Shown piece by piece: positions 26,942-35,375 of a stretch of DNA of 64,000 bases. A program made the position numbers and the translations under genes. Origin of the DNA: a virus (taxonomy: Duplodnaviria; Caudoviricetes); IMG/VR virus record IMGVR_UViG_3300020045_003522, positions 4,362 to 68,361 of that record. The stretch is one strand, 5' to 3'. Under the pieces are notes generated by a model. The model saw only the letters and a list, made by a program, of their open reading frames with translations, made no database searches and was not told the DNA's origin. How positions within the stretch are numbered: the first letter of the stretch is position 1; every line of letters starts with the position of its first letter.

Positions 26942-27679
26942 TTAAGTGTTAGAAATTGCTTTGAAAATCTCAAATGCTATTTGTGGCACGATTGCGTTTC
27001 CGTATCCGTGTATAACTTCCGTATCCAATTCTTTGGAAAACCCATCATCCATTCGTACATCTGCATAGCTTGAAAAGCGGTTAAACCGTTTAAGTGGCAC
27101 TGATATAGGGTTTTGTCTTGATGTTCGTTCTGGAAGTATTTTTTGTAAGATTCCACCCGTTTTAATATAATCTTTCCATCGGTGCTCGCGGGAGTAGGCC
27201 ACTCCATAAAGTCGCTCTCTGAGGTGTGGAAATCCGAATTGGGTAGCATAAAACAATCTCCATTCACAGTCATACCCGAGCTTGGAAAGATCGCATAGGA
27301 CTGTTTCAAATCCTCTACTAAGCAACATTGAGCTGTTTTCAAAGACGATGATTCCAGGTCTAATTTCCCCCACAATACGGGCGTATTCTTTCCAAAGTCC
27401 TGACCTTTCCCCTTTAATGCCTTTCGCTGCGCCTCCTTGATTTTTGGCAATGCTAATGTCTTGACATGGGAATCCACCGGAAATAATGTCAATTCTACCG
27501 TTATATTTTCTTCCATCGAATTCGCTAATGTCTCCATAACTATCTGAATTTGGGAAATGATTTTTTAATACTATTTGCTTTGATTCAATCCATTCACAGT
27601 GAAACACGTTTTCCCACCCCATCCACTCAGCCGCCAAATCAAAGCCTCCAATGCCCGAAAACAAACTACCGTGTCTCAT
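26942..27679 (-). CDS. C5-cytosine DNA methyltransferase, alpha-type subunit
   Basis: Motif I LFSGIGG, IV GGFPCQ, VI FENS, VIII HLRERLY, X GYGNAIVPQIA; no motif IX in this frame. Confidence 0.9.
   Translation of the reverse strand: MRHGSLFSGIGGFDLAAEWMGWENVFHCEWIESKQIVLKNHFPNSDSYGDISEFDGRKYNGRIDIISGGFPCQDISIAKNQGGAAKGIKGERSGLWKEYARIVGEIRPGIIVFENSSMLLSRGFETVLCDLSKLGYDCEWRLFYATQFGFPHLRERLYGVAYSREHRWKDYIKTGGILQKILPERTSRQNPISVPLKRFNRFSSYADVRMDDGFSKELDTEVIHGYGNAIVPQIAFEIFKAISNT
26977..27537 (-). CDS. Nested alternative-frame methyltransferase beta-type subunit (M.EcoHK31I-like)
   Basis: 186 codons open wholly inside the MTase gene; WPTP and MYEWMMGFPKNW (motif IX-like). Confidence 0.7.
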   Translation of the reverse strand: METLANSMEENITVELTLFPVDSHVKTLALPKIKEAQRKALKGKGQDFGKNTPVLWGKLDLESSSLKTAQCCLVEDLKQSYAIFPSSGMTVNGDCFMLPNSDFHTSESDFMEWPTPASTDGKIILKRVESYKKYFQNEHQDKTLYQCHLNGLTAFQAMQMYEWMMGFPKNWIRKLYTDTETQSCHK

Positions 27680-27690
27680 CTTGTTGTTGT

Positions 27691-27858
27691 TTACTGTTTA
27701 GTCAAAACTTGGTATTTACCATCTACTTTCTGAAATATGCTGCTATTTATTCCTTTTGAAATTGCTTCCCGTTGAATCTTTTTTGCGGTATTTATAAAGT
27801 TTGGATACGCCCAAACCTCCTTACCTTTCTTATTCAATTTGTTAACTTTGTACTTCAT
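27691..27858 (-). CDS. 55-aa basic hypothetical protein
   Basis: Hand-translated MKYKVNKLNKKGKEVWAYPNF...; fills the intergenic gap. Confidence 0.45.
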   Translation of the reverse strand: MKYKVNKLNKKGKEVWAYPNFINTAKKIQREAISKGINSSIFQKVDGKYQVLTKQ

Positions 27859-27881
27859 CTTGTGTGTTTTTAAATTAGCGA

Positions 27882-28154
27882 CTAATCGTAAATACTTGGA
27901 ATCACAGTTACAAAAGGCTCATCGTTAGGTCTAAATCCGTCCTCTTTGGAGAATGTCCCGTAGGTTATATGACAACGAACTTCTTTAGATCCGTACTCAT
28001 AAACCGTTTTATATCCAAATCTTTTACAAACTCTTTCGGCCTGCGCTTCATAATCGTTTTTCATTTCCTTAGTGAAAAATCCTGCCTTACAAAGTGGCCC
28101 AAACGGGAAGAACTCTTTCATAAATCGTTTCAAAACTCCGTTATCGTCTTTCAT
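27882..28154 (-). CDS. Hypothetical protein
   Basis: ORF in operon. Confidence 0.5.
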   Translation of the reverse strand: MKDDNGVLKRFMKEFFPFGPLCKAGFFTKEMKNDYEAQAERVCKRFGYKTVYEYGSKEVRCHITYGTFSKEDGFRPNDEPFVTVIPSIYD

Positions 28155-28189
28155 ACTTTTATAATTAGCTTATAGACAGGGACTAAAAA

Positions 28190-28576
28190 TCAAAATTTCA
28201 TTATTACATTGTTGTTGCCTAGCTTTTTAAAGCCTCGTTTCTTAATCAGGTGTTTCATAAATGGTTTGTTCATGATCTCCAATATTTTTAGGTCTTTCTT
28301 ATCGCGCATGCATGAAGATTCAAACCACTGCAAGACATCTTCAAAATGACCGTTACCGGGTGCTTTATTGTCAATCGCAAGTATGTCGTAGCTTGTCGAG
28401 GTACATGCCCATAAGCCCTCACAAGTACCAACACGAAAGCGCATGAAGTTAGTAGCTGGCATAAATCCTGGCAACGGCTCCCAATCGGCAACTTCAAAGT
28501 CAAGACGATGTTTGGTTATAAAAGCATTTGATTGCCTCATTACCGTCTGCTCGCTGATCTCTTGTGCGTGTTTCAT
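28190..28576 (-). CDS. Possible GNAT-fold protein
   Basis: DNKAPGNGHF resembles an acetyl-CoA-binding loop; N...L.KRGF ending. Confidence 0.35.
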   Translation of the reverse strand: MKHAQEISEQTVMRQSNAFITKHRLDFEVADWEPLPGFMPATNFMRFRVGTCEGLWACTSTSYDILAIDNKAPGNGHFEDVLQWFESSCMRDKKDLKILEIMNKPFMKHLIKKRGFKKLGNNNVIMKF

Positions 28577-28594
28577 TATCAGTAGTTTAAAAGG

Positions 28595-28789
28595 TTAATC
28601 GTTGGTTAATTTTAATTTTTTACATTCGATTTCTGTGAAGCAATATGATTGACCACAAACTAAGTTAGCACCCATGTATATTGAATTGTCTGATTTTTCA
28701 ATTACTTCCTTTATGGTTACGTGCGAACCTATTTTATATCTATGATGTGATAGATTCTTAGTGATTAAAACTACATCGCCTTTTTTCAT
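28595..28789 (-). CDS. Hypothetical protein
   Basis: ORF in operon. Confidence 0.45.
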   Translation of the reverse strand: MKKGDVVLITKNLSHHRYKIGSHVTIKEVIEKSDNSIYMGANLVCGQSYCFTEIECKKLKLTND

Positions 28790-28821
28790 AGTGTTCTTTG
28801 TTAGTTCTTTTAATGACAGGG

Positions 28822-29253
28822 TTAAACAAGCTTCAGTTCTTCACCGGTTAAGGCAAAATAAAGGTTTTGAAGTTGGTGAAGGTTTTGAATATTTACTCTG
28901 GCACTTTCTGTTGATTTTTCATGATCAGGTTTATAATATATAAATCCATAACCCATAAAATCACAAAATGAATTACTTGGAAATATTTTTATCCACCCAA
29001 TCGAATAACTTAAAGTTCTAGGCAAATCATCTCTACCCCACTTTTCAAACCCGAACTTTAATAGCCATTCTTCTGTGAGGGGTATAGGTTGAAATTGAAA
29101 TTTATGTATTCCGGCTTCTGTTTCAAATTTGAATGCATCCCAGATAGTTCTAATCGAACATTCTTCTATTCCGGTTGATTCTCCTTCAAATAGTCTTTCA
29201 ATCCAGTTTCCAATTCTCAGTTCGTTTGCTTTCATATTATTTTGGTTAAACAT
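28822..29253 (-). CDS. Conserved phage hypothetical protein
   Basis: ANELRIGNW..PIPLTEEWLLKFGF..HQLQNLYFALTGEEL pattern. Confidence 0.6.
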   Translation of the reverse strand: MFNQNNMKANELRIGNWIERLFEGESTGIEECSIRTIWDAFKFETEAGIHKFQFQPIPLTEEWLLKFGFEKWGRDDLPRTLSYSIGWIKIFPSNSFCDFMGYGFIYYKPDHEKSTESARVNIQNLHQLQNLYFALTGEELKLV

Positions 29254-29268
29254 TATTCTCGTTCCAAA

Positions 29269-29496
29269 TTAAAATCTTGTGTTCTTTATTAGCGTTCCTT
29301 GTTCATCGCGTTGGATAATCAAAACGTTTCCTACATCTCGAAACTTATTAACCGTCCGTTGGTAAACCTTGTCGGCCTCTTCTTTCAAGTAGTAAGCGAA
29401 TTTACGACTTTTGTAGAATCCTTTGTCTAAGTAGATAACCTCTACCTCGTTCATGGTCCGATGGTGTGCATCAGAATGGGAGTTCGTCTGTGTCAT
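29269..29496 (-). CDS. Hypothetical protein
   Basis: ORF overlapping the helicase end. Confidence 0.45.
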   Translation of the reverse strand: MTQTNSHSDAHHRTMNEVEVIYLDKGFYKSRKFAYYLKEEADKVYQRTVNKFRDVGNVLIIQRDEQGTLIKNTRF

Positions 29497-31201
29497 GTTC
29501 TGGTTCGTTAAAGTTGTTTATTAATTTCGGTTCTGGATGTACCCAGTTTGTATAATCAGGATTAACGGTGTAGTATCGGCCGGTCTTTCCATCCCATAAA
29601 TATTCAATCAACCCGACTTCGCCCCAATACTTAAACTTCACCTTTTGGATATGCACATCGCTTTGCCCGGGTGCTTTTTTGTAAACAGTCCATCCACAAT
29701 CAGCCTTGTTAAAAAAGTGAGCAGATCCAGAGATCGAATAAAGATTTGGGACCACATAATTACCGTCCTTATCCTTTTCCATTTTGGTAGGGTGAGCTAC
29801 TATAAATCCATGGACGCTGTTCTTTTTGTTGAAATTACTAATCTTGTCAAGAGTTTCGGAAATGTATTTTGTTTCAGCGCCCGTGTATTGGTGGTCCAGT
29901 TTATTCCACGGATCAATCACATACCAATTAATGCCATGGCGCAAAACTGCTTTCCGGATATGTTCCAAAACATTCTCGAGATTAAATCCGTCATCAGGAT
30001 ACACCCAAAAAACATGTTCACTCAACCAATCCTTTACCCCGTTTATTTCAGCTTCTTTGCTTTCCCAGAAGTTTACGCCAGTGGTTTTCTCCACAAGTTT
30101 GATGATATGCATGGATGTTGGCCAGTTCTCCGGACTGAAGTAAGCGCCCTTCAAACCATAGTCAATACCTAGTTCAATTAAAAGTTGGTCCAAGTGTTCG
30201 CTTTTGCCATGGCCAGGAATGCCGGTAATGATCGAAGTGTATCCCGGGTGAATAGTAACGTAGTTTCCGAACGGTGCACGCGGCTTCCATCCTTTAGGGA
30301 ATCCATTCTTTCGGATGTGAAGTAAATCATCCCAGAAATTACCAACTTCGTATACTCCTAGTAATGGGTAAGGCTTCGAAAGACTCAAAAGGTACTCACG
30401 GCTTACTTTAAACCCCGCACAAAGCACTTCGTTAATATCCTTATGATCGGGAAGGGTTACCCGGTTGCATCGCTCTAAACCGATCCTGCGAGCTAATTCA
30501 TCACCCAGTTGATTCCCAACCGCATCCTTGTCTGTCAGGATGTAAACCTTTTCTACATCTTCGAAGTAAGTCCAGCACGAATCAAGGTAGTCCAGATTGT
30601 TGTTGACCTTGTTACCACCAGCCGGGACCGAACAGCAATTTGTTATACCAGCCTGAACCATGGTCAAACAATCTATTTCACCTTCAACTATCCAGATTTC
30701 TTTCTGGTCCTTAATCCCGTCAAGATTGTAAAATATCTTTTGAGCATCCTTCACTAATCTGAAATTTTTGTCTCGATCCCGGTATTTGATGTTTATCAAT
30801 TGTCCGTCACGGAAATAGTTAAAGCAAATTGCACCTACATTCTTTTCAACCTGTGGCATCCAGACCGTGCCGGCCGTAACTTTCATGGACCGTAATGTAT
30901 CGGAAGTAATGTTTCTGCTTTGAAACCATTCCAAAACCTTATCCGGAAGATCTGTTTTGTTCTCCCATGCCGGCCGAACATAAACTTTGTGGTCTTCATT
31001 CTTTCGATAGAAAGACGCTTGGCAGTTCTGGCATTTACCCAATCCAGTGTCGGCATTGAACGAGAAAACCTTTTTGTTTTTGTTCTGTGGCTTCCTGTCG
31101 TCACTGCATGCCGGACATTTTTGCGGGTTCTCACCTGCATGCTTAACCTCAATCTGGTATTCAACCCGGGTAGCCTTTTCAACTATGGTTTCGATTGTCA
31201 T
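29471..31201 (-). CDS. Bifunctional primase-helicase (T7 gp4/Twinkle-like)
   Basis: Zn finger CPAC/CQNC, TOPRIM IVEGEIDCL and TDKD, Walker A GIPGHGKS, VIDPWNKL, IVAHPTK. Confidence 0.92.
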   Translation of the reverse strand: MTIETIVEKATRVEYQIEVKHAGENPQKCPACSDDRKPQNKNKKVFSFNADTGLGKCQNCQASFYRKNEDHKVYVRPAWENKTDLPDKVLEWFQSRNITSDTLRSMKVTAGTVWMPQVEKNVGAICFNYFRDGQLINIKYRDRDKNFRLVKDAQKIFYNLDGIKDQKEIWIVEGEIDCLTMVQAGITNCCSVPAGGNKVNNNLDYLDSCWTYFEDVEKVYILTDKDAVGNQLGDELARRIGLERCNRVTLPDHKDINEVLCAGFKVSREYLLSLSKPYPLLGVYEVGNFWDDLLHIRKNGFPKGWKPRAPFGNYVTIHPGYTSIITGIPGHGKSEHLDQLLIELGIDYGLKGAYFSPENWPTSMHIIKLVEKTTGVNFWESKEAEINGVKDWLSEHVFWVYPDDGFNLENVLEHIRKAVLRHGINWYVIDPWNKLDHQYTGAETKYISETLDKISNFNKKNSVHGFIVAHPTKMEKDKDGNYVVPNLYSISGSAHFFNKADCGWTVYKKAPGQSDVHIQKVKFKYWGEVGLIEYLWDGKTGRYYTVNPDYTNWVHPEPKLINNFNEPEHDTDELPF

Positions 31202-31923
31202 GATACGAACTTAGATTTTTTTGAAATTGATTTACCATTACCGTTCATGTGAAAATTTCGGAAAGAATTATAAACATGATCATCATCATCAAAAACTCGC
31301 CCCGGATTTTCTTTCATGAACTCGTCAAACTTAATCCATCCCGATTTTTCGAATCCATCAATTTGATCTTTTGAAAAATATTCCCTGAGATCGTATATCA
31401 ATTTAATCTTATCCCCTGTATAAACCTTTCTGACAGAAATTTGAAATCCATTCTTAACACCAAAAACAGAAAACTCTTGTTCTTGGTTTATTGGTTCATT
31501 GGTTAATTGGTTTATTGGTTTATCTATAGGACTATTGCTTTGGCCATTGCCTTGCCCTATGCTAGCAATTTGCTTTGCCGCATGCTTTATTATTGCTTTG
31601 TCCAATGCTTTGCCGTTTTTAGGTTTAGCAATTTGTAAGCTTATTATGTTTGCTGAGTACTGATTTAATGACTTTTGAATCAACTTAAAAAAACCCCATT
31701 CAACGAGATCATTAAAATATCTGATGTACGTTTGGTGTTTTTTAATACCTATTGCATCCATGGCCATCCGGGTAGGGAATCCAAATTTTTCTTTCCATCC
31801 CAACCTATTACAATGTTCTATAGCAAAGAAAAAAATAGCAGAATGATTAGGACTAACCTTTTCAGGGTTTTCAAATGACCAATCAAACCAGGCACGCGAA
31901 AGTTGATATCCGTTAATTTCCAT
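31198..31923 (-). CDS. Replication initiator-like protein (winged HTH)
   Basis: Upstream of the primase-helicase; conserved-looking N-terminus followed by a repeat-encoded linker. Confidence 0.6.
   Translation of the reverse strand: MEINGYQLSRAWFDWSFENPEKVSPNHSAIFFFAIEHCNRLGWKEKFGFPTRMAMDAIGIKKHQTYIRYFNDLVEWGFFKLIQKSLNQYSANIISLQIAKPKNGKALDKAIIKHAAKQIASIGQGNGQSNSPIDKPINQLTNEPINQEQEFSVFGVKNGFQISVRKVYTGDKIKLIYDLREYFSKDQIDGFEKSGWIKFDEFMKENPGRVFDDDDHVYNSFRNFHMNGNGKSISKKSKFVS
31483..31522. repeat. Five tandem 8-bp repeats TTGGTT(T/C/A)A, putative origin iterons
   Basis: ttggttta ttggttca ttggttaa ttggttta ttggttta inside the initiator gene; several TGCTTT repeats at about 31535-31615. Confidence 0.6.
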
Positions 31924-32375
31924 TACCCACGTATTTGGTTTAGTATTTTATTAAACTCACGATTAATCTCTGAATTATGTAACGGATCAAATCGCTTTGA
32001 TAGCGCACAAGTAAGTCGGCTTAATTTGTTTCTGGTTATCCCGAGTCTATGTAGATATCGCCTCTCGAAAACATCAAAGTTTTTTAAAAACTCTTCCCGT
32101 TCGTGACACTCAGAACACAGGGTAATTAATACATCATCATCGTAATCCCATGGCATTGTATTTATTTCATAAAAATGATGGTGAACTTCTAAAACACAAT
32201 CTCTAGCCTCACATTCCCTGCATTGATAATTATCCCGCTTTAAAATTTCCTTTCTTTTCACATCCCATTCAGGACGTTTCAAAAGTTCCTCGTATCTGGT
32301 CATAAAAAAATCCCTTTCCGGTTCGGCCTGTAGAAGAGACCTCCCCAGAAAGGGATGTTTAAAATTTCTTTTCAC
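31923..32375 (-). CDS. HNH endonuclease-like protein
   Basis: RDNYQCREC..LEVHH..LITLCSECH. Confidence 0.8.
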   Translation of the reverse strand: MKRNFKHPFLGRSLLQAEPERDFFMTRYEELLKRPEWDVKRKEILKRDNYQCRECEARDCVLEVHHHFYEINTMPWDYDDDVLITLCSECHEREEFLKNFDVFERRYLHRLGITRNKLSRLTCALSKRFDPLHNSEINREFNKILNQIRG

Positions 32376-32425
32376 CGTCTTCTACCCGGTATCACGCTGA
32401 TCCTTTCAGCGCATGTTCAAATATA

Positions 32426-32617
32426 CTACTTCCAATACTTTTTCACAGCATCATTAAAAACTTTTTTAGAGTGCTTACCTTCGCCTAGTGTCATCATCAA
32501 ATCATTAAACTCCTGGCCTACAATAGCAAGCATGTGCCTACGCTCTGGATTAGTCTCAGTCCTTAGCTTTACTTTACACTGATCTACCACCTTCTTACAT
32601 TCGTCTGTTACGCTCAT
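32426..32617 (-). CDS. Hypothetical protein
   Basis: ORF in operon. Confidence 0.45.
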   Translation of the reverse strand: MSVTDECKKVVDQCKVKLRTETNPERRHMLAIVGQEFNDLMMTLGEGKHSKKVFNDAVKKYWK

Positions 32618-32622
32618 AAAAA

Positions 32623-32793
32623 CTAATCTTGAATTACCTCTAATTGAGAACCTTTAAATAATGGTAGTGAATAATAACCTCCTCCACTTCCTTTTGTTCT
32701 AACGATATAAAAACGATCATCAAGCAAACTTTCAACATGATAAACCCATCCTATAATCCCATTTGATTTAACTTTTACTTTTACCGTTTTCAT
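32623..32793 (-). CDS. 56-aa hypothetical protein
   Basis: Hand-translated MKTVKVKVKSNGIIGWVYHVE...; fills the gap. Confidence 0.45.
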   Translation of the reverse strand: MKTVKVKVKSNGIIGWVYHVESLLDDRFYIVRTKGSGGGYYSLPLFKGSQLEVIQD

Positions 32794-32821
32794 AATCTTG
32801 AATTACCATGAATCAAAATAA

Positions 32822-33238
32822 TTACTGTTCTTTATGCCACTTGATGAACTTTAATACAGCGCCATTGATAGATTGTAATTTTGTTACGTCTGTATAAAAA
32901 AGATCAATGTCATTCATTCCGGTGAATCTAACATAGGAGAATATTCTACATTCATTTGATGTTATCTGCACTTTAAATCGATAGCTACCAAATTTAATTG
33001 TTTCAATCTTCTCCACCACAGGCATAATCCAATCCCATGAAGTATCGTAGTTATGTTCAAATGCCTTCAACGATTCCTTAACTTGTTTTTCTGATGACGC
33101 TCCGCAAGTCCATTCTTTCGCAGTTTTATATGCCGGATAAAAACAGAAACCGCGATACCAGTCTTTGCCTGATGGTGTTGTCGTTTTCTCTATTCGCATT
33201 CCCATAAACTCCGCTATCAATTCGTTATCCGTTTTCAT
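32822..33238 (-). CDS. Conserved phage hypothetical protein
   Basis: NELIAEFMG..YDTSWDWIMPVVEKIE pattern. Confidence 0.6.
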   Translation of the reverse strand: MKTDNELIAEFMGMRIEKTTTPSGKDWYRGFCFYPAYKTAKEWTCGASSEKQVKESLKAFEHNYDTSWDWIMPVVEKIETIKFGSYRFKVQITSNECRIFSYVRFTGMNDIDLFYTDVTKLQSINGAVLKFIKWHKEQ

Positions 33239-33261
33239 TGTCTTCAGTCTTTTATAGAGGG

Positions 33262-33450
33262 CTAAATACTATCTACTTGTTTTAACATCTCGGAGTATTC
33301 AATTTTATAAGTCTTTTTAAACCACTTTTTAAAATGGTAAGGACATAAATTTAAACCATCCTCCTGTTGGAATTTAGCTTCCTTGCCACATATAACGCGC
33401 ATCTTTCGACCGTATCCGTTTTGCTTTTTATTTCTCTCGCATGTTAACAT
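33262..33450 (-). CDS. Small Cys/His-containing protein
   Basis: ORF in operon. Confidence 0.45.
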   Translation of the reverse strand: MLTCERNKKQNGYGRKMRVICGKEAKFQQEDGLNLCPYHFKKWFKKTYKIEYSEMLKQVDSI

Positions 33451-33482
33451 TTGAATGTTGTTAGTTAATGAAAAGTAAAAAG

Positions 33483-33610
33483 AGAAGGAGGCAGGATTTC
33501 CTCATTAACCAGTGCGAGTTACGTATACCCATGACCAGTCACTTATACTTTACCTGCATGATCGCGTCCGATCTCGTTGCCTTAGCGTCTCACAATTCCG
33601 CCACTCCTTC
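33483..33610 (-). ncRNA. tRNA-like RNA candidate (acceptor, D and T stems; no anticodon arm; T-loop insertion)
   Basis: GAAGGAG/CTCCTTC 7-bp stem, TG-GCG-GAATTGTGAGA-CGC D-arm, GATCG/CGATC hairpin, GCAGG/CCTGC T-stem; no encoded CCA. Confidence 0.45.
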
Positions 33611-33630
33611 TTTTATCTTAAATGCTGCAA

Positions 33631-33846
33631 TCAAAGCTTCTCTATCTCGGTTTTTACGTTGATCCAATAATTAGTACTATCGACCGGTGAATTTTCAATA
33701 AGAAAATCTAACGCTATTTGAGCGCATCGTTTTGCATCCGTTAAAACATCCACTTCATCTCTTGGCGAATCGTGGTAACAATCCCATCCAGGAACGCACG
33801 GAATAAACTTATTAACTAACTCTTTTGCCTCACTATCTGCTGTCAT
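33631..33846 (-). CDS. Hypothetical protein
   Basis: ORF in operon. Confidence 0.5.
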   Translation of the reverse strand: MTADSEAKELVNKFIPCVPGWDCYHDSPRDEVDVLTDAKRCAQIALDFLIENSPVDSTNYWINVKTEIEKL

Positions 33847-33876
33847 AAATACTGGTTTAACTTGTTCAAACTAAAT

Positions 33877-34078
33877 CCCCGTCTTTCCGGGGTGTCAATC
33901 GCATTCTTAGTCAGGCGCGATTTTTTCCTTAACACTTCGTTCCGCGTGTCGGAGTAGCTTTCGTTAGCCAAATTATAGCTTTGGTCGGCATTCAACGGTT
34001 CGAGTGCTACTAGCAAACAGGTCTTTCCCTGAAGTCATTGCCTGATTTTTCCACCGGTTAAGGTATGGTTATACAGGC
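33877..34078 (-). ncRNA. Multi-hairpin structured RNA candidate
   Basis: About 200-nt GC-richer intergenic region with at least five stems; two carry GAAAGA loops (CAGG/CCTG and CCCCG/CGGGG). Confidence 0.4.
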
Positions 34079-34087
34079 GAACCAATC

Positions 34088-34270
34088 TTAAATATATCTT
34101 TGAGCATAAACTTTATCGCCCTTCCTTATTACAATTAATTTCTCAGCCCTTCTTTTATTGAACTGGGAAATAAATTGATGCGGGTACTTTTCCGCGCTCC
34201 CTGTTAATTGTGCTTTTTGCCCTATTTTAAGGGTGTTAAAAGCATGTAATGGTTTTCGTCCTGCGTTCAT
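34088..34270 (-). CDS. Small basic protein, first gene of the leftward early operon (possible regulator)
   Basis: Start moved to MNAGRK; diverges from the plus-strand operon. Confidence 0.45.
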   Translation of the reverse strand: MNAGRKPLHAFNTLKIGQKAQLTGSAEKYPHQFISQFNKRRAEKLIVIRKGDKVYAQRYI

Positions 34271-34317
34271 GGATGTAAAATAGAACAAAAGAAATTTAAG
34301 AAACAATAATTATTTTA

Positions 34318-34354
34318 TTTGTTTAGTAAATATTTTATTCCGACCTATGCATTG
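34318..34354 (+). promoter_or_regulatory. Putative early promoter TTTG-N24-TATGCATTG
   Basis: In the AT-rich divergent intergenic region; matches the element at 26431..26466. Confidence 0.5.
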
Positions 34355-34370
34355 TCAAACGGAAACAACT

Positions 34371-34478
34371 ATGGTAAACACTACAGACCAATGGAACAAT
34401 GACCTCGGAGATGACGAACTCGAAACAGATCAGTTCGATGACGATACGGAACGGGATCAACCAGACGAGGAGGAGTAA
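34371..34478 (+). CDS. 35-aa highly acidic peptide
   Basis: Hand-translated MVNTTDQWNNDLGDDELETDQFDDDTERDQPDEEE (16 D/E, 1 R). Confidence 0.6.
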   Translation: MVNTTDQWNNDLGDDELETDQFDDDTERDQPDEEE

Positions 34479-34494
34479 CTAAACAATTAAAGAT

Positions 34495-34758
34495 ATGAAT
34501 AACCTATGGATTAAATTAACTGAGTCTCCTGGTAATATGCCAGATTGTGATTGCTGGGTAACAGATGGGAAAATTGTGTTTTTCTCGCCTGAGGGTGAGT
34601 TTATACCACTTAACAACTATACTCATTATATGGTTGCAGAAAAGCCACAACCACCAACAGAAAGCAATCCCGACCTTTTTCAAATGATGGGCATATCTGA
34701 TAAGCCAGTTAATCAAGAATTGAAAGAACTATTCGAATCCTTTAACCCTAATCTTTAA
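34495..34758 (+). CDS. Hypothetical protein (DUF551-like)
   Basis: WIKLTESP..MP..THYM pattern. Confidence 0.45.
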   Translation: MNNLWIKLTESPGNMPDCDCWVTDGKIVFFSPEGEFIPLNNYTHYMVAEKPQPPTESNPDLFQMMGISDKPVNQELKELFESFNPNL

Positions 34759-34768
34759 CTGAAACTAT

Positions 34769-34993
34769 ATGAACGAAACAAAATTAATTGACTTTGACAA
34801 AGAAACTCTTTCGGAAATGTCATATGTAATTGCAGGTCGCATTGCTTTTCTTCAGGAGTTAATAGAAGAAAAATGGAGTCCTGCAAACCGTCTTGAAATT
34901 CAAATTAGAATAGATAGAGCTATGGAATTTAGAACCCAATTGCTCCACGCTTTCTCTGTTGTAAAAGAACGTGAACGAGTAGTGTCTAATTGA
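34769..34993 (+). CDS. Hypothetical protein
   Basis: ORF in operon. Confidence 0.5.
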   Translation: MNETKLIDFDKETLSEMSYVIAGRIAFLQELIEEKWSPANRLEIQIRIDRAMEFRTQLLHAFSVVKERERVVSN

Positions 34994-35015
34994 GTATAAA
35001 CTAACCATAACCAAC

Positions 35016-35375
35016 ATGACAGAAACACCAAAAACACCAGTAACACACTGGAAGAAACTAACGAACCCGAACTATATCGGAGCGCATGATTTGCAACCAG
35101 GGCAGGAGGTTAAGATTACTATCAAGTCAGTTGCAAAAGAAATGGTAAAAGGATCTGACGGAAAGGATGAACAATGCGTAGTCGCTCAACTTCAAGGAAC
35201 TGCTACAGGCAAGCCAATGATTTTGAATAAGACCAACATGAAGATCATTGCAAAGGTTTTGGATACGCCTTACATTGAAGAATGGGCAGGTAAGTCGGTT
35301 ATTATTTACGGGGCAAAGGTTAAGGCATTTGGCGAGATGGTTGAAGCTCTTCGTGTAAAGAATCAAAAGGTATGA
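35016..35375 (+). CDS. ssDNA-binding/annealing-like recombination protein
   Basis: THWKK..NPNYIGAHDL..PMILNKTN..EEWAGK..ALRV pattern, coupled to the exonuclease. Confidence 0.55.
   Translation: MTETPKTPVTHWKKLTNPNYIGAHDLQPGQEVKITIKSVAKEMVKGSDGKDEQCVVAQLQGTATGKPMILNKTNMKIIAKVLDTPYIEEWAGKSVIIYGAKVKAFGEMVEALRVKNQKV

Noticed and set aside
29645-31252. Long antisense and alternative-frame ORFs over the primase-helicase
   Set aside because: No motifs or evidence of constraint, unlike the nested MTase subunit.
33990-34020. GGTTCGAGT T-loop-like motif on the plus strand
   Set aside because: The flanks do not form a T-stem or acceptor stem; not a tRNA.
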